Assembly: GCA_963845185.1 (NCBI GenBank)
Contig: CAWJRG010000010.1
Location: 64,001-128,000, forward strand
From: an uncultured bacterium
GTDB lineage: Bacteria > Oederibacteriota > PGYV01 > CAWJRG01
Length of the DNA: 64,000 nt
Reading direction: 5' to 3'
Made by a program: the position numbers and the translations under genes. Shown here piece after piece: positions 35,104 to 44,176 of this stretch. Position 1 is the first letter of the stretch. Each line of letters begins with the position of its first letter. The notes beneath the pieces were generated by a model. That model had not been told where the DNA came from. It saw only the letters and a list, made by a program, of their open reading frames with translations, and searched no databases.

Positions 35104-36486
35104 CTATTTAAGCTTTTTTATCAATACCGCAGCTTGTGCCAGCTGGTTTTTGACTGATTTTGGGGAAGTCGAGCCTGATGTGGCTTTTGCATTCAGCGAC
35201 ACCGCAGGTTCCATGACTCCATATATGTCTTTTTCAAAAAGTTTTGAGAATTTTTTGAATTCATACAGGAACATGTCTGAAAACTGCCTTTTCCCGACCA
35301 GGCAAAAAGAAACTATATTCCCTGTTATTTCATGAGCCTGCCTGAAAGGCACGCCTTTTTTTACAAGGTAATCTGCTATGTCAACTGCGTACATAAAGGA
35401 ATCCTTTGCCTGCAGCATCATTTTTTCCTTTTTTAATTTTATATTTGCCAGCAATTTGCTAAAAATGTGCAGCGAGCTTTTTATTTCGTTTATACTTTTG
35501 AAAAGCAAGGGTTTGTCTTCCTGCATGTCTTTATTGTAGGCAAGCGGAAGTGCCTTTAGCATGGTCAGTGCAGCTATAAGGTTGCCGTAAAAAACGCCTG
35601 TCTTGCCCCTGATGAGCTCGGCTATATCCGGATTTTTCTTATGCGGCATTATAGAAGAGCCTGTGGCAAAAGCATCGTCAATTTCGATAAACCCGAACTC
35701 GCTTGAGTTGAAAATGATTATCTCCTCGCAAAAACGGGACAGGTGCATTGCTGCCAGGGACGCGAAATACAGGAAGTCAAGCAGGAAATCCCTGTCCGAA
35801 ACCGCGTCCATGCTGTTTTTTGAAATTTTTGCAAAGCCAAGCAGCCTTGCCGTATATTCCCTGTCGAGTTTATAGTTTACACCCGCGAGCGCGCCAGAAC
35901 CCAGCGGCATCGAGTCCGTCATTTTTTCCGTGAATTCGAGCATCTCATAATCCCTGGCGAACATAAAAAAATAGCTCATCAGCCACTGCGCAGCTGATAC
36001 AACCTGCGCATGCTGCATATGCGTGTAAGACGGCATCCAGATGCTCACGTTCTTCTTTGCCAATGCAACTATTGCAGATAAAACTTCCTTCAGGTTATTT
36101 TTTACAGCCTTTATTTCTTCTTTCAGATAAAGGCGAGTATCAGTCGCAACAAGGTCGTTCCTGCTCCTTGCCGTATGTATTTTTTTGCCAGTGTCTTTGG
36201 CAACCTTCACAAGCTCGCCTTCAACCGCTGAATGCACGTCCTCATATTTTGAAAAATCGATTTTTTTCTCGCTTTTCAGCACCTTTTTGAGTCCTGCGCT
36301 TATAATCGCCAGTTCTTTCGCACTTATGATCCCTGCTTTCGCCAGCGTCTTCGCATGCGCCATGCCTGTAAGTACGTCGTATTTAAAAAGGCACCTATCA
36401 AATGAAATGGAAGCGTTAAAAGCTTCCGCGTCTTTATCCATCTCTTTTTTAAACCTTCCTTGCCAGACTTTTTTGTCTTTAGGCAT
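35104..36486 (-). CDS. argH: Argininosuccinate lyase
   Basis: WQGRF, HTARSRND, TGSSIMPHKKNPD and PLAYNKDMQEDK motifs. Confidence 0.97.
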   Translation of the reverse strand: MPKDKKVWQGRFKKEMDKDAEAFNASISFDRCLFKYDVLTGMAHAKTLAKAGIISAKELAIISAGLKKVLKSEKKIDFSKYEDVHSAVEGELVKVAKDTGKKIHTARSRNDLVATDTRLYLKEEIKAVKNNLKEVLSAIVALAKKNVSIWMPSYTHMQHAQVVSAAQWLMSYFFMFARDYEMLEFTEKMTDSMPLGSGALAGVNYKLDREYTARLLGFAKISKNSMDAVSDRDFLLDFLYFASLAAMHLSRFCEEIIIFNSSEFGFIEIDDAFATGSSIMPHKKNPDIAELIRGKTGVFYGNLIAALTMLKALPLAYNKDMQEDKPLLFKSINEIKSSLHIFSKLLANIKLKKEKMMLQAKDSFMYAVDIADYLVKKGVPFRQAHEITGNIVSFCLVGKRQFSDMFLYEFKKFSKLFEKDIYGVMEPAVSLNAKATSGSTSPKSVKNQLAQAAVLIKKLK

Positions 36487-36496
36487 ATTGCACCGC

Positions 36497-37711
36497 CTAT
36501 TTTTTCTTTTTATTTTTTACCTGATTGTAAATTTTCATTTGCAGGCCGAAGAGATTGATGAAGCCCTCTGCGTCCTTTTGCGAATAAACCTTGTCATTTT
36601 CAAAAGTCGCGTAATCCTGGCTGTACATGGAAAAAGGCGAGCTTTTCCCCGCCGGGAAAACATTGCCCTTAAAAAGTTTCAGCTTTACATCGCCTGTAAC
36701 CATCTCCTGCGTCTTGTCGATAAAAGCCGACAGCGCCTCGCGCAAAGGCGAGTACCACATGCCGTTATAAATCAGTTCGCCGAATTTTAACGCGACCTGC
36801 TGTTTGTAGTGCCTTGTCTCGCGGTCAAGTACTATTTCCTCAAGCTCCCTGTGTGCCGTATACAATAAAGTGCCTCCCGGCGTCTCATAAACCCCGCGGG
36901 ACTTTATACCCACGAGCCTGTTTTCAACCATATCGGCATAACCTATGGCGTGCAAAGCCCCTGTTTTATTCAGCGCTGCCATTAAATCAATCGGTTTTAA
37001 TTTTTTGCCGTTTACTGCGAAAGGTATCCCTTCCTTAAAGCTTATTGTCACATATTCCTCGGTATCCGGCGCCTTTTTTATTGTGTTTATCTTGCTTAAG
37101 ATATCCTCGGGCGGCTCATTTGCCGGATCCTCGAGTATCCCGCCCTCATGAGAAATGTGCAAAAGATTATCGTCTTCCGAATAAGGCTTTTCTTTAGTGA
37201 CAGACACTTCAATATTATGCGCCTTCGCGTACTCTATTTCCTCTGTCCTGGATTTTATGTCCCACTCCCTCCATGGAGCGATAATTTTCAGGTCAGGCGC
37301 CAGCGCTTTATACGTTAATTCAAACCTAACCTGGTCATTGCCCTTGCCCGTAGCGCCATGGCAAACGGCGTCTGCTTTTTCTTTCCTAGCTATATCGACC
37401 TGCGCTTTTGCGATTAATGGCCTTGCTATGGACGTGCCCATAAGGTACTTGTCCTCATAAACGGCACCGGACTTTATCATCGGGTAAATGAAGTCCGTGA
37501 TAAATTCCTGCTTTACATCGGCTACGTACGCCTTGTCAGCGCCGCTTTTTAAAGCTTTTTCCTGCACTTTGTCAAAATCACCGGCCTGGCCAACGTCAAC
37601 CGCGCAGGCAATAACCTTGCATTTATAATTCTCCTTGAGCCACGGCACTATGACCGAGGTGTCAAGCCCGCCTGAATAGGCGAGAACAACCTTTTTTATG
37701 TTTTTATCCAT
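36497..37711 (-). CDS. argG: Argininosuccinate synthase
   Basis: [24 protein letters not shown] and [16 protein letters not shown] motifs. Confidence 0.98.
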   Translation of the reverse strand: MDKNIKKVVLAYSGGLDTSVIVPWLKENYKCKVIACAVDVGQAGDFDKVQEKALKSGADKAYVADVKQEFITDFIYPMIKSGAVYEDKYLMGTSIARPLIAKAQVDIARKEKADAVCHGATGKGNDQVRFELTYKALAPDLKIIAPWREWDIKSRTEEIEYAKAHNIEVSVTKEKPYSEDDNLLHISHEGGILEDPANEPPEDILSKINTIKKAPDTEEYVTISFKEGIPFAVNGKKLKPIDLMAALNKTGALHAIGYADMVENRLVGIKSRGVYETPGGTLLYTAHRELEEIVLDRETRHYKQQVALKFGELIYNGMWYSPLREALSAFIDKTQEMVTGDVKLKLFKGNVFPAGKSSPFSMYSQDYATFENDKVYSQKDAEGFINLFGLQMKIYNQVKNKKKK

Positions 37712-37718
37712 TTTTGTT

Positions 37719-37825
37719 CTCCTTAGAGTCCGTTGATTTTGCCGAGCGTCAACAGCGAAGGCAAAATTTTACGGAATCTTATACCCGCTCAAGTCCGAGG
37801 CCTTCAGGCCGAGGACAAGTGGTAC
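37719..37825. repeat. Modular stem-loop repeat (A+B) abutting the argG SD, inside the arg operon
   Basis: ctccttagagtccgttgattttgccgagcgtcaacagcgaaggcaaaattttacggaatc followed by tacccgctcaagtcc...ggacaagtggtac. Confidence 0.88.
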
Positions 37826-37898
37826 TATGTTATCATTTATTATTCAATCCAAAATTCTTACACTTCGCACTCATCACTTAACACTTAACACGCATATA

Positions 37899-38837
37899 TC
37901 ATCTGTTCATTAGCAATGCCAAAATTCCCTTTTGCGCATGCAGCCTGTTTTCCGCCTGATCAAAAACAACGGAATTCGGCCCATCCATGACTTCATCTGT
38001 GATTTCCTCGCCCCTGTGTGCAGGCAGGCAATGCATTATTATGCAGTCATGTTTTGCTTTTTTGATAAGAGACATATTTACCTGGTATTTTTCAAATTCC
38101 TTTTTCCTAGCTGTTGCTTCCCCTTCCATGCCCATACTTGCCCAGACATCAGTATATATAACATCTGCGTCTTTCACTGCCTCTTCGGCATTGTCGGTAA
38201 TTATTAATTTTACCTTGTTCTGTCCGGCTATTGCTTTTGCTTTTTCAACAACACTTTTATCCGGCATGTATTTTGCCGGAGACCCGACCATTAGGTTCAT
38301 TTCCATTTTTGGCGCGGCAAAAAGCCATGAATTGCACACGTTGTTGCCGTCGCCGACATACGCCACGGTCAAACCCTGTAAAATTTTCTTCTTGTCTTTT
38401 ATAGTCATAAGGTCTGATATTATCTGGCACGGATGCGAAAAATCCGTAAGCCCGTTAATAACCGGTACTGTGGCGTTTTCAGCCAGCGTTACGACTTCCT
38501 TATGCTCAAATGTCCTTATCATTATGCCATCCACATACCTAGACAGCACCTTTGCCGTATCTGATATTGTCTCTCCCCTGCCGAGTTGTAATTCGCCCGC
38601 GCCCATATAAAGCGCCGCGCCTCCAAGCTGGAACATGGCTATTTCAAAAGAAACCCTTGTACGTGTCGATGGTTTCCTAAAAATCATGGCAAGCGCCTTG
38701 CCGAGCAGCGGTACAAAAAGTTCCTTTTTCTTGTGTTTTGCCCTTATCATGTCCGCGACGTTCAAAATAAGCTCTATTTCCTCTTTTGTCAGGTCCTCTA
38801 TTGAAATTATATCCTTCTTGCTGAGTTTCGTAATCAT
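37899..38837 (-). CDS. argF: Ornithine carbamoyltransferase
   Basis: PSTRTR, HPCQ, DVWASMG and HCLP motifs. GGAGG RBS before ATG 38837. Confidence 0.97.
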   Translation of the reverse strand: MITKLSKKDIISIEDLTKEEIELILNVADMIRAKHKKKELFVPLLGKALAMIFRKPSTRTRVSFEIAMFQLGGAALYMGAGELQLGRGETISDTAKVLSRYVDGIMIRTFEHKEVVTLAENATVPVINGLTDFSHPCQIISDLMTIKDKKKILQGLTVAYVGDGNNVCNSWLFAAPKMEMNLMVGSPAKYMPDKSVVEKAKAIAGQNKVKLIITDNAEEAVKDADVIYTDVWASMGMEGEATARKKEFEKYQVNMSLIKKAKHDCIIMHCLPAHRGEEITDEVMDGPNSVVFDQAENRLHAQKGILALLMNR

Positions 38838-38911
38838 CTTAAAATCCTCCATTCGGTATTCGGCATTTGTTATTTCAATCCAAATCCAAAATTTAAATTT
38901 TTTTTATTCCG

Positions 38912-40078
38912 CTATTTCAATATTTCCGCAAGTATTCTTACGGCTTTTATAATGTCTTCCTTTTTTAAGACAAGAGGCGGCACAATCCTTATCAGGTTGG
39001 GTTTAGGGCTATTTAAAAGAAGGCCCTTTTTTAGAGCTTCTTTTACAACCCCATCGGCTGTGCCTTTCAGTTCTATGCCTATAAGAAAACCTTTGCCCCT
39101 TATTTCTTTTATTTTATCCGATTTTATCTTTTTCAACTCGTTAATAAAATATTTCCCTTTTTCTTCCACACTTTTGAGGAATCCGGCATTAGAAATTTTT
39201 TTAATCACTACATTTCCGGCTGCACATGCCACTGGGTTTCCTCCTAAAGTCGTGCCGTGGTCTCCTAGTGAAAAAATATCCTCGAATTTTTTTGATACAA
39301 TTACAGCAGAAAGCGGGAACCCGCCGCCCAGCCCCTTGCCTATTGTCATAATATCGGGTGTAACTCCAAATCCCTGATAAGCAAAAAGACTGCCCGTCCT
39401 GCCTAATCCGGTCTGTATTTCGTCAAAAATCAGAATTACTTTTTTGTCAACGCATAGTTTGCGCAATTGTTTTAAGAATGTCTTATCTGCTACATATACC
39501 CCGCCTTCGGCCTGTATAGGCTCTATAAGCACAGCAACGGTTTTGGAATCGATTTTCTTTTTTGCGTCTTTGATGTTGTTAAATTCAGCATAAACAAACC
39601 CCGGTGATAACGGCTTTAGGAATTTATGAAATTTTTCCTGAGCCGTGGCAGTCAGGGCTGCTATGGTCCTGCCGTGAAAAGAGTTATAAAATGTAATTAT
39701 TTTATACGCGCCTTTTTTATTCAGTATTCCCCACTTCCTCGCGAGTTTTATTGCCACCTCGTTTGCCTCAGCGCCTGAATTGACGTAATAAACCTGGGTT
39801 CCGAAGGTTTTCTTAACCAGTTGCTTTGTCAGCCCTGTTTGGTGTTCATTATAAAACAAGCGCGAAATATGGATATATTTATCCACCTGTTTTTTTACCG
39901 CCTTATTGATATCAGGGTCGTTATAGCCCAGGACATTGACCGCTACCCCGGCAAGCAAATCAATATATTGTTTGCCATTGCTGTCCGCAAGAATTGCGCC
40001 TTTGCCTTTTTCCGGTTTCATGTCGTAAACTTTTACTGTATTATCCAGTCCTTTTTGCATTTTTTCTTCCTCTTTCAT
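38912..40078 (-). CDS. argD: Acetylornithine aminotransferase
   Basis: NSGAEANE, SFHGRT, DEIQTGLGRTG, GKGLGGG and HGTTLGGNP motifs; arg operon context. Confidence 0.93.
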   Translation of the reverse strand: MKEEEKMQKGLDNTVKVYDMKPEKGKGAILADSNGKQYIDLLAGVAVNVLGYNDPDINKAVKKQVDKYIHISRLFYNEHQTGLTKQLVKKTFGTQVYYVNSGAEANEVAIKLARKWGILNKKGAYKIITFYNSFHGRTIAALTATAQEKFHKFLKPLSPGFVYAEFNNIKDAKKKIDSKTVAVLIEPIQAEGGVYVADKTFLKQLRKLCVDKKVILIFDEIQTGLGRTGSLFAYQGFGVTPDIMTIGKGLGGGFPLSAVIVSKKFEDIFSLGDHGTTLGGNPVACAAGNVVIKKISNAGFLKSVEEKGKYFINELKKIKSDKIKEIRGKGFLIGIELKGTADGVVKEALKKGLLLNSPKPNLIRIVPPLVLKKEDIIKAVRILAEILK

Positions 40079-40112
40079 TTTCAGTTTTTCGTGCGTACAT
40101 CTAATCTTGTAT

Positions 40113-40961
40113 TTACTTTATTATTTCCGTACCTATGCCTTCCTTTGTAAATATTTCAAGCAGTAAAGAATGTTCTATCCTTCCGTTTATGATATGCACT
40201 TTTTTTACTCCTGCCTCCACAGCCTTCTTGGCCGATAAAATTTTCGGCAGCATCCCTCCTGTAATCTGTCCTGATTTTATGTGCTTGCTTATGTCTTTTA
40301 TTTTTATTGTTTGCACGTATTTGCCTTTTATCTTTACGCCGTCTGTGTCTGTCACGTAAATTAATTTATCCGCTTTTACGGCTATAGCAACTTCAGCAGC
40401 AGCCGTATCAGCATTAATATTGTAGCCGTTGCCTTGCTCATCGACGCCTATAGGCGCGATAACCGGTACAAAATTCTTGCTGTCAAGCGTCTCCAGAATT
40501 TCCGTGTTCACCTTCTTGACTTCTCCGACAAATCCAATATCTATTTTCCCGTACTTTTTCTTTTGAGCAAGCAGCAGGTTCCCGTCTTTGCCCGACATGC
40601 CTATTGCCTTAAGCCCGTGCGAATTTATGTTCTTCACTATTTCCTTGTTTACCTTGCCCGTCAATACCATTTCAACTATTTCCAGCGTTTCCTTGTCGGT
40701 CACCCTGTGACCATGGACGAAAACCGGCTTCTTGCCGAGTTTTTCTATGAGCTTATTTATATCGTCGCCTCCGCCGTGCACTATTATAAGCTTTACACCG
40801 ACGTATTTTAAAAGGGCTATATCTCCAACAAACGGCTCTTTGAATTTATTATCCGTCATCGCGCTGCCGCCATACTTAATCACAAAAGTAGCACCGGTGA
40901 AGTTCTTTATGTACGGCAAAGCCTCTATAAGTACCCTTGCCTTTTGTATATATTGTTCCAT
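40113..40961 (-). CDS. argB: Acetylglutamate kinase
   Basis: EALPYI, IKYGG, VHGGG, NINAD and GGMLPK motifs. Confidence 0.97.
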   Translation of the reverse strand: MEQYIQKARVLIEALPYIKNFTGATFVIKYGGSAMTDNKFKEPFVGDIALLKYVGVKLIIVHGGGDDINKLIEKLGKKPVFVHGHRVTDKETLEIVEMVLTGKVNKEIVKNINSHGLKAIGMSGKDGNLLLAQKKKYGKIDIGFVGEVKKVNTEILETLDSKNFVPVIAPIGVDEQGNGYNINADTAAAEVAIAVKADKLIYVTDTDGVKIKGKYVQTIKIKDISKHIKSGQITGGMLPKILSAKKAVEAGVKKVHIINGRIEHSLLLEIFTKEGIGTEIIK

Positions 40962-40967
40962 GTCATT

Positions 40968-41031
40968 CTCCCTAGCTGTCGTTTGTTTTGTCAAGCTTAC
41001 TGCGCAAGTTAAAACTACTCCGAAGCGGTAT
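40968..41031. repeat. Internally deleted modular repeat (left arm of A fused to the end of B) abutting the argB SD
   Basis: ctccctagctgtcgtttgttttgtcaagcttactgcgc...aagcggtat, compared with 17672-17777. Confidence 0.75.
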
Positions 41032-41299
41032 TAAAACTGTTGTAAAAATATTATATCGGTTTAAACAGCCTAATCTTTAGCAGTTGCTACGGCTGCTCTT
41101 TCAATATTCAAATGGCTTTTCCAATAAAAAGTCATATTTCGTAGGCCAAAACCTCCGGATTTAAAAGAAAAAGTGAATAAAGTATATCATAATTTAGTCT
41201 TATTTTTCAATATTATTCACACATTATTCGTTTTTAATTGAAAATTTAGTATTTCCCATTTCAAATAATTAGGTCATTGTAAAGTAACCTAAAAATTCC

Positions 41300-41328
41300 T
41301 TGACTTAAAATTTCATTAATGATATTAT
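41300..41328 (+). promoter_or_regulatory. Probable promoter of the 6S RNA-rny operon
   Basis: TTGACT-N17-TATTAT. Confidence 0.55.
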
Positions 41329-41376
41329 CCAAACGGATGAATGTTATTAGATATTAAAGCACAGGAAAAAACTAAA

Positions 41377-41557
41377 AAATCCCTGCTGTGCCCGTGTAGA
41401 AGCAAACGTTTTGGCCCAACACTTTTTTGAACGGGAGCTGGGCTTATATGTGGTGTGCATGCCTCATAACGAGGAAGCCTAAAACATATAACAAGGCACC
41501 CACCTGTTTGGAAAGGGCCCAAAATAATGCTTCCCACGGCACTTGGCGGGGTTATTT
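41377..41557 (+). ncRNA. ssrS: 6S RNA
   Basis: About 180-nt rod: CCCTGCTGTGCCCGTG pairs with CACGGCACTTGGCGGGG, TTTTGGCCC with GGGCCCAAAA, central bubble with CCAACAC and CACCCACCTG. Located upstream of rny, a known 6S context. Confidence 0.85.
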
Positions 41558-41560
41558 CTA

Positions 41561-41748
41561 TAATGGACGGAGAGAGATAACTTGATAAAAATGACAATAT
41601 TATATATAAAAAATCTAAACTATCCGGATTTAACAGTGGGGAGGCCCATATATTTTCATCCAGCCTCGAAACCTGGAAACACCGCTGTTAAAAATATGAT
41701 ATATTGTCATTTCAATTCTCTATTATCCTAACCTCTCCCCTCTGTTAG
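41561..41748 (+). ncRNA. Second rod-shaped structured RNA or rny leader (6S-like architecture)
   Basis: Nested inverted repeats 41589-41600/41701-41712, 41629-41639/41682-41692, 41641-41645/41663-41667 and an outer GA-rich/CT-rich stem. Confidence 0.45.
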
Positions 41749-41778
41749 TAGAATTAAAATTTACCAGAGGAGGCTACC

Positions 41779-43335
41779 ATGCTTTCAATTATTATCACCG
41801 CGTTAATAGCCGTGGCAGCAGGCATTGCTATAGGTTTCTTTTTGAGGAAAATTATCTCCGAGTCAAGGATTGCCAGCGCCAAGGTTTACGCAACCCAGAT
41901 TGTGGAAAACGCAAAAAAAGAAGCCCAGGCATTTAAAAAAGAAGCCGAACTTGAGGCAAGGGATAAGACTTTAAAAGCCCAGGCTGATTTTGAGGCAAAG
42001 ACTAGAGAGGAGCGGGCTGAGCTTGCCAACCTTGAAAAACGCCTGCGACAGAGGGAAGATAACCTTGAAAAGAAAGTCGAAGTGCTTGACAAAAAAGAAA
42101 AGGATATTAATGTAAAGGAAAAAGAGCTTATTGAGTCTGACAAAAAAATCAAGAAACAGGACGAAGAGTTAAACCGCCTCATTGCCGAGCAGAGGCAGAA
42201 ACTCGAAAAAATCTCGGGCCTTTCCGCGGAAGCGGCAAAAGCCGAGCTTGTAAACTCAATGATCAACGACGCCCGCCAGGAATCCCTTCTAACAATCAAA
42301 AAAATTGAGGATGAAACCAAGGAAAACGCCGACAAAAAAGCACGCGAAATTATCACTACCGCCATACAGCGCGTGGCAGCCGATCATTCGTCGGAAGTTA
42401 CTGTTTCCGTCGTTGCCCTGCCGAACGATGAAATGAAAGGCAGAATTATCGGCCGTGAAGGCAGAAACATCAAAACTCTTGAAACTCTCACCGGTGTGGA
42501 CTTCATAATCGACGATACTCCTGAAGCTGTAACCGTATCCGCTTTTGACCCCATCAGGCGCGAAATAGCCAGGCTCTCGCTTGAAAAATTGATAGCGGAC
42601 GGCAGGATACATCCCGGCAGGATTGAGGAAGTCGTGCAAAAAACCCAATCAGAAATGGATATTAAAATAAAAGAACTCGGCGACCAGGCCGCAATGGATT
42701 CAGGCATAGCCAACATACACCCTGAGCTGATAAAACTTTTGGGAAAACTTCATTACAGGACAAGCTACGGCCAGAATGTCTTGAAGCATTCCCTTGAAGT
42801 CTCGTTTTTAGCGTCTATAATGGCCTCGGAACTCGGGATAGACCCTGCGATAGCAAAAAGGGCCGGGCTCCTACACGATATAGGCAAGGCAATAGACCAC
42901 GAAGTCGAAGGCACCCACGTGCAGCTCGGCATAGATGCGGCTAAAAAATACGGCGAGTCGGATAAGGTGCTGCATGCCATAGAGGCGCACCACGGAGATA
43001 AACAGGCTACTACTATCGAAGCCGTACTTGTGCAGGCAGCAGATGCGATATCCGCAGCAAGGCCCGGCGCGCGACGCGAGACAATCGAAAATTATATAAA
43101 ACGCCTTGAAAAACTTGAAGGCATAGCGTCCTCTTTCGAAGGCGTACAGAAAACCTTTGCCATACAGGCCGGCCGGGAAATCAGGATACTTGTTATACCC
43201 GAATCAATTGACGACATTAAAGCTTTCCAGCTTTCAAAGGATATAGCCAAAAAAATTGAGGCCGAGCTTGAATACCCCGGCCAAATAAAAGTAACTGTTA
43301 TAAGGGAAGTACGTTCCGTCGAATACGCAAAATAA
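41779..43335 (+). CDS. rny: Ribonuclease Y
   Basis: N-terminal TM, coiled coil, KH domain ([13 protein letters not shown]), HD domain (GLLHDIGK), [12 protein letters not shown]. Confidence 0.98.
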   Translation: MLSIIITALIAVAAGIAIGFFLRKIISESRIASAKVYATQIVENAKKEAQAFKKEAELEARDKTLKAQADFEAKTREERAELANLEKRLRQREDNLEKKVEVLDKKEKDINVKEKELIESDKKIKKQDEELNRLIAEQRQKLEKISGLSAEAAKAELVNSMINDARQESLLTIKKIEDETKENADKKAREIITTAIQRVAADHSSEVTVSVVALPNDEMKGRIIGREGRNIKTLETLTGVDFIIDDTPEAVTVSAFDPIRREIARLSLEKLIADGRIHPGRIEEVVQKTQSEMDIKIKELGDQAAMDSGIANIHPELIKLLGKLHYRTSYGQNVLKHSLEVSFLASIMASELGIDPAIAKRAGLLHDIGKAIDHEVEGTHVQLGIDAAKKYGESDKVLHAIEAHHGDKQATTIEAVLVQAADAISAARPGARRETIENYIKRLEKLEGIASSFEGVQKTFAIQAGREIRILVIPESIDDIKAFQLSKDIAKKIEAELEYPGQIKVTVIREVRSVEYAK

Positions 43336-43375
43336 ATTGGTTTTAATTTTTATTTTCAGGTTTTCGAGGTAAAAA

Positions 43376-44176
43376 ATGTTGAACGTTTTATTCATAGGCG
43401 ACATAATTGCCAGGCCAGGAAGAAAAGCTGTCAAATCCATCCTTTCGGAGTTATTGACAAAAAAAGAAATTGATTTTGTCATAGCAAACGGCGAAAATGC
43501 CGCCGGCGGCAACGGAATAACAAAAGAAACTTTCGACGAGCTTATAGCCTGCAATATCGACGTAATAACCGGCGGCAATCATATATGGGATAAAAAAGAG
43601 GTCTTTTCCTTTATTCAGGACGAACCCCGGCTTATAAGGCCGGCTAATTATCCCGCCAATAACCCGGGCAGCGGTTATGGCATATATGGCGTGAAACGGC
43701 CCGGAAAAAAAATAAAAATCGGCGTAATAAACGTCGTAGGCAGGGTTTTCATGCCTCCGGCTGATGACCCTTTCAGGGCAGCCGAAAATCTGGCTGCAGA
43801 AATAAAAAAACAAACAAATGTAATTTTTATCGATATGCATGCCGAGGCAACCTCGGAAAAGCAGGCTATGGGTTTTTATCTGGACGGCAGGGTTACCGCG
43901 GTAATAGGCACGCACACACATGTCCAGACATCCGACGAAAGGATTTTGCAGGGCGGTACCGGTTATATAACAGACGCCGGTATGACCGGGCCTTTTGATT
44001 CGGTTATAGGAATGAAAAAGGAAATAATACTAAAAAGATTTTTGAGCCTTATGCCGGAAAGGTTCGAGCCTGCCGAGGACGATATACGCATGAATGCCGT
44101 ATTGTTTTCAGTCGATGAATCTTCCGGCAAGACACTAAAAGTGGAAAGACTAGACCTCAAATATGAAGACCGATAA
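43376..44176 (+). CDS. ymdB: YmdB-like metallophosphoesterase (TIGR00282)
   Basis: IGDI, NGENAAGG, GNHIWD, RPANYP, DMHAEATSEK and GTHTHVQT motifs; directly downstream of rny. Confidence 0.94.
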   Translation: MLNVLFIGDIIARPGRKAVKSILSELLTKKEIDFVIANGENAAGGNGITKETFDELIACNIDVITGGNHIWDKKEVFSFIQDEPRLIRPANYPANNPGSGYGIYGVKRPGKKIKIGVINVVGRVFMPPADDPFRAAENLAAEIKKQTNVIFIDMHAEATSEKQAMGFYLDGRVTAVIGTHTHVQTSDERILQGGTGYITDAGMTGPFDSVIGMKKEIILKRFLSLMPERFEPAEDDIRMNAVLFSVDESSGKTLKVERLDLKYEDR

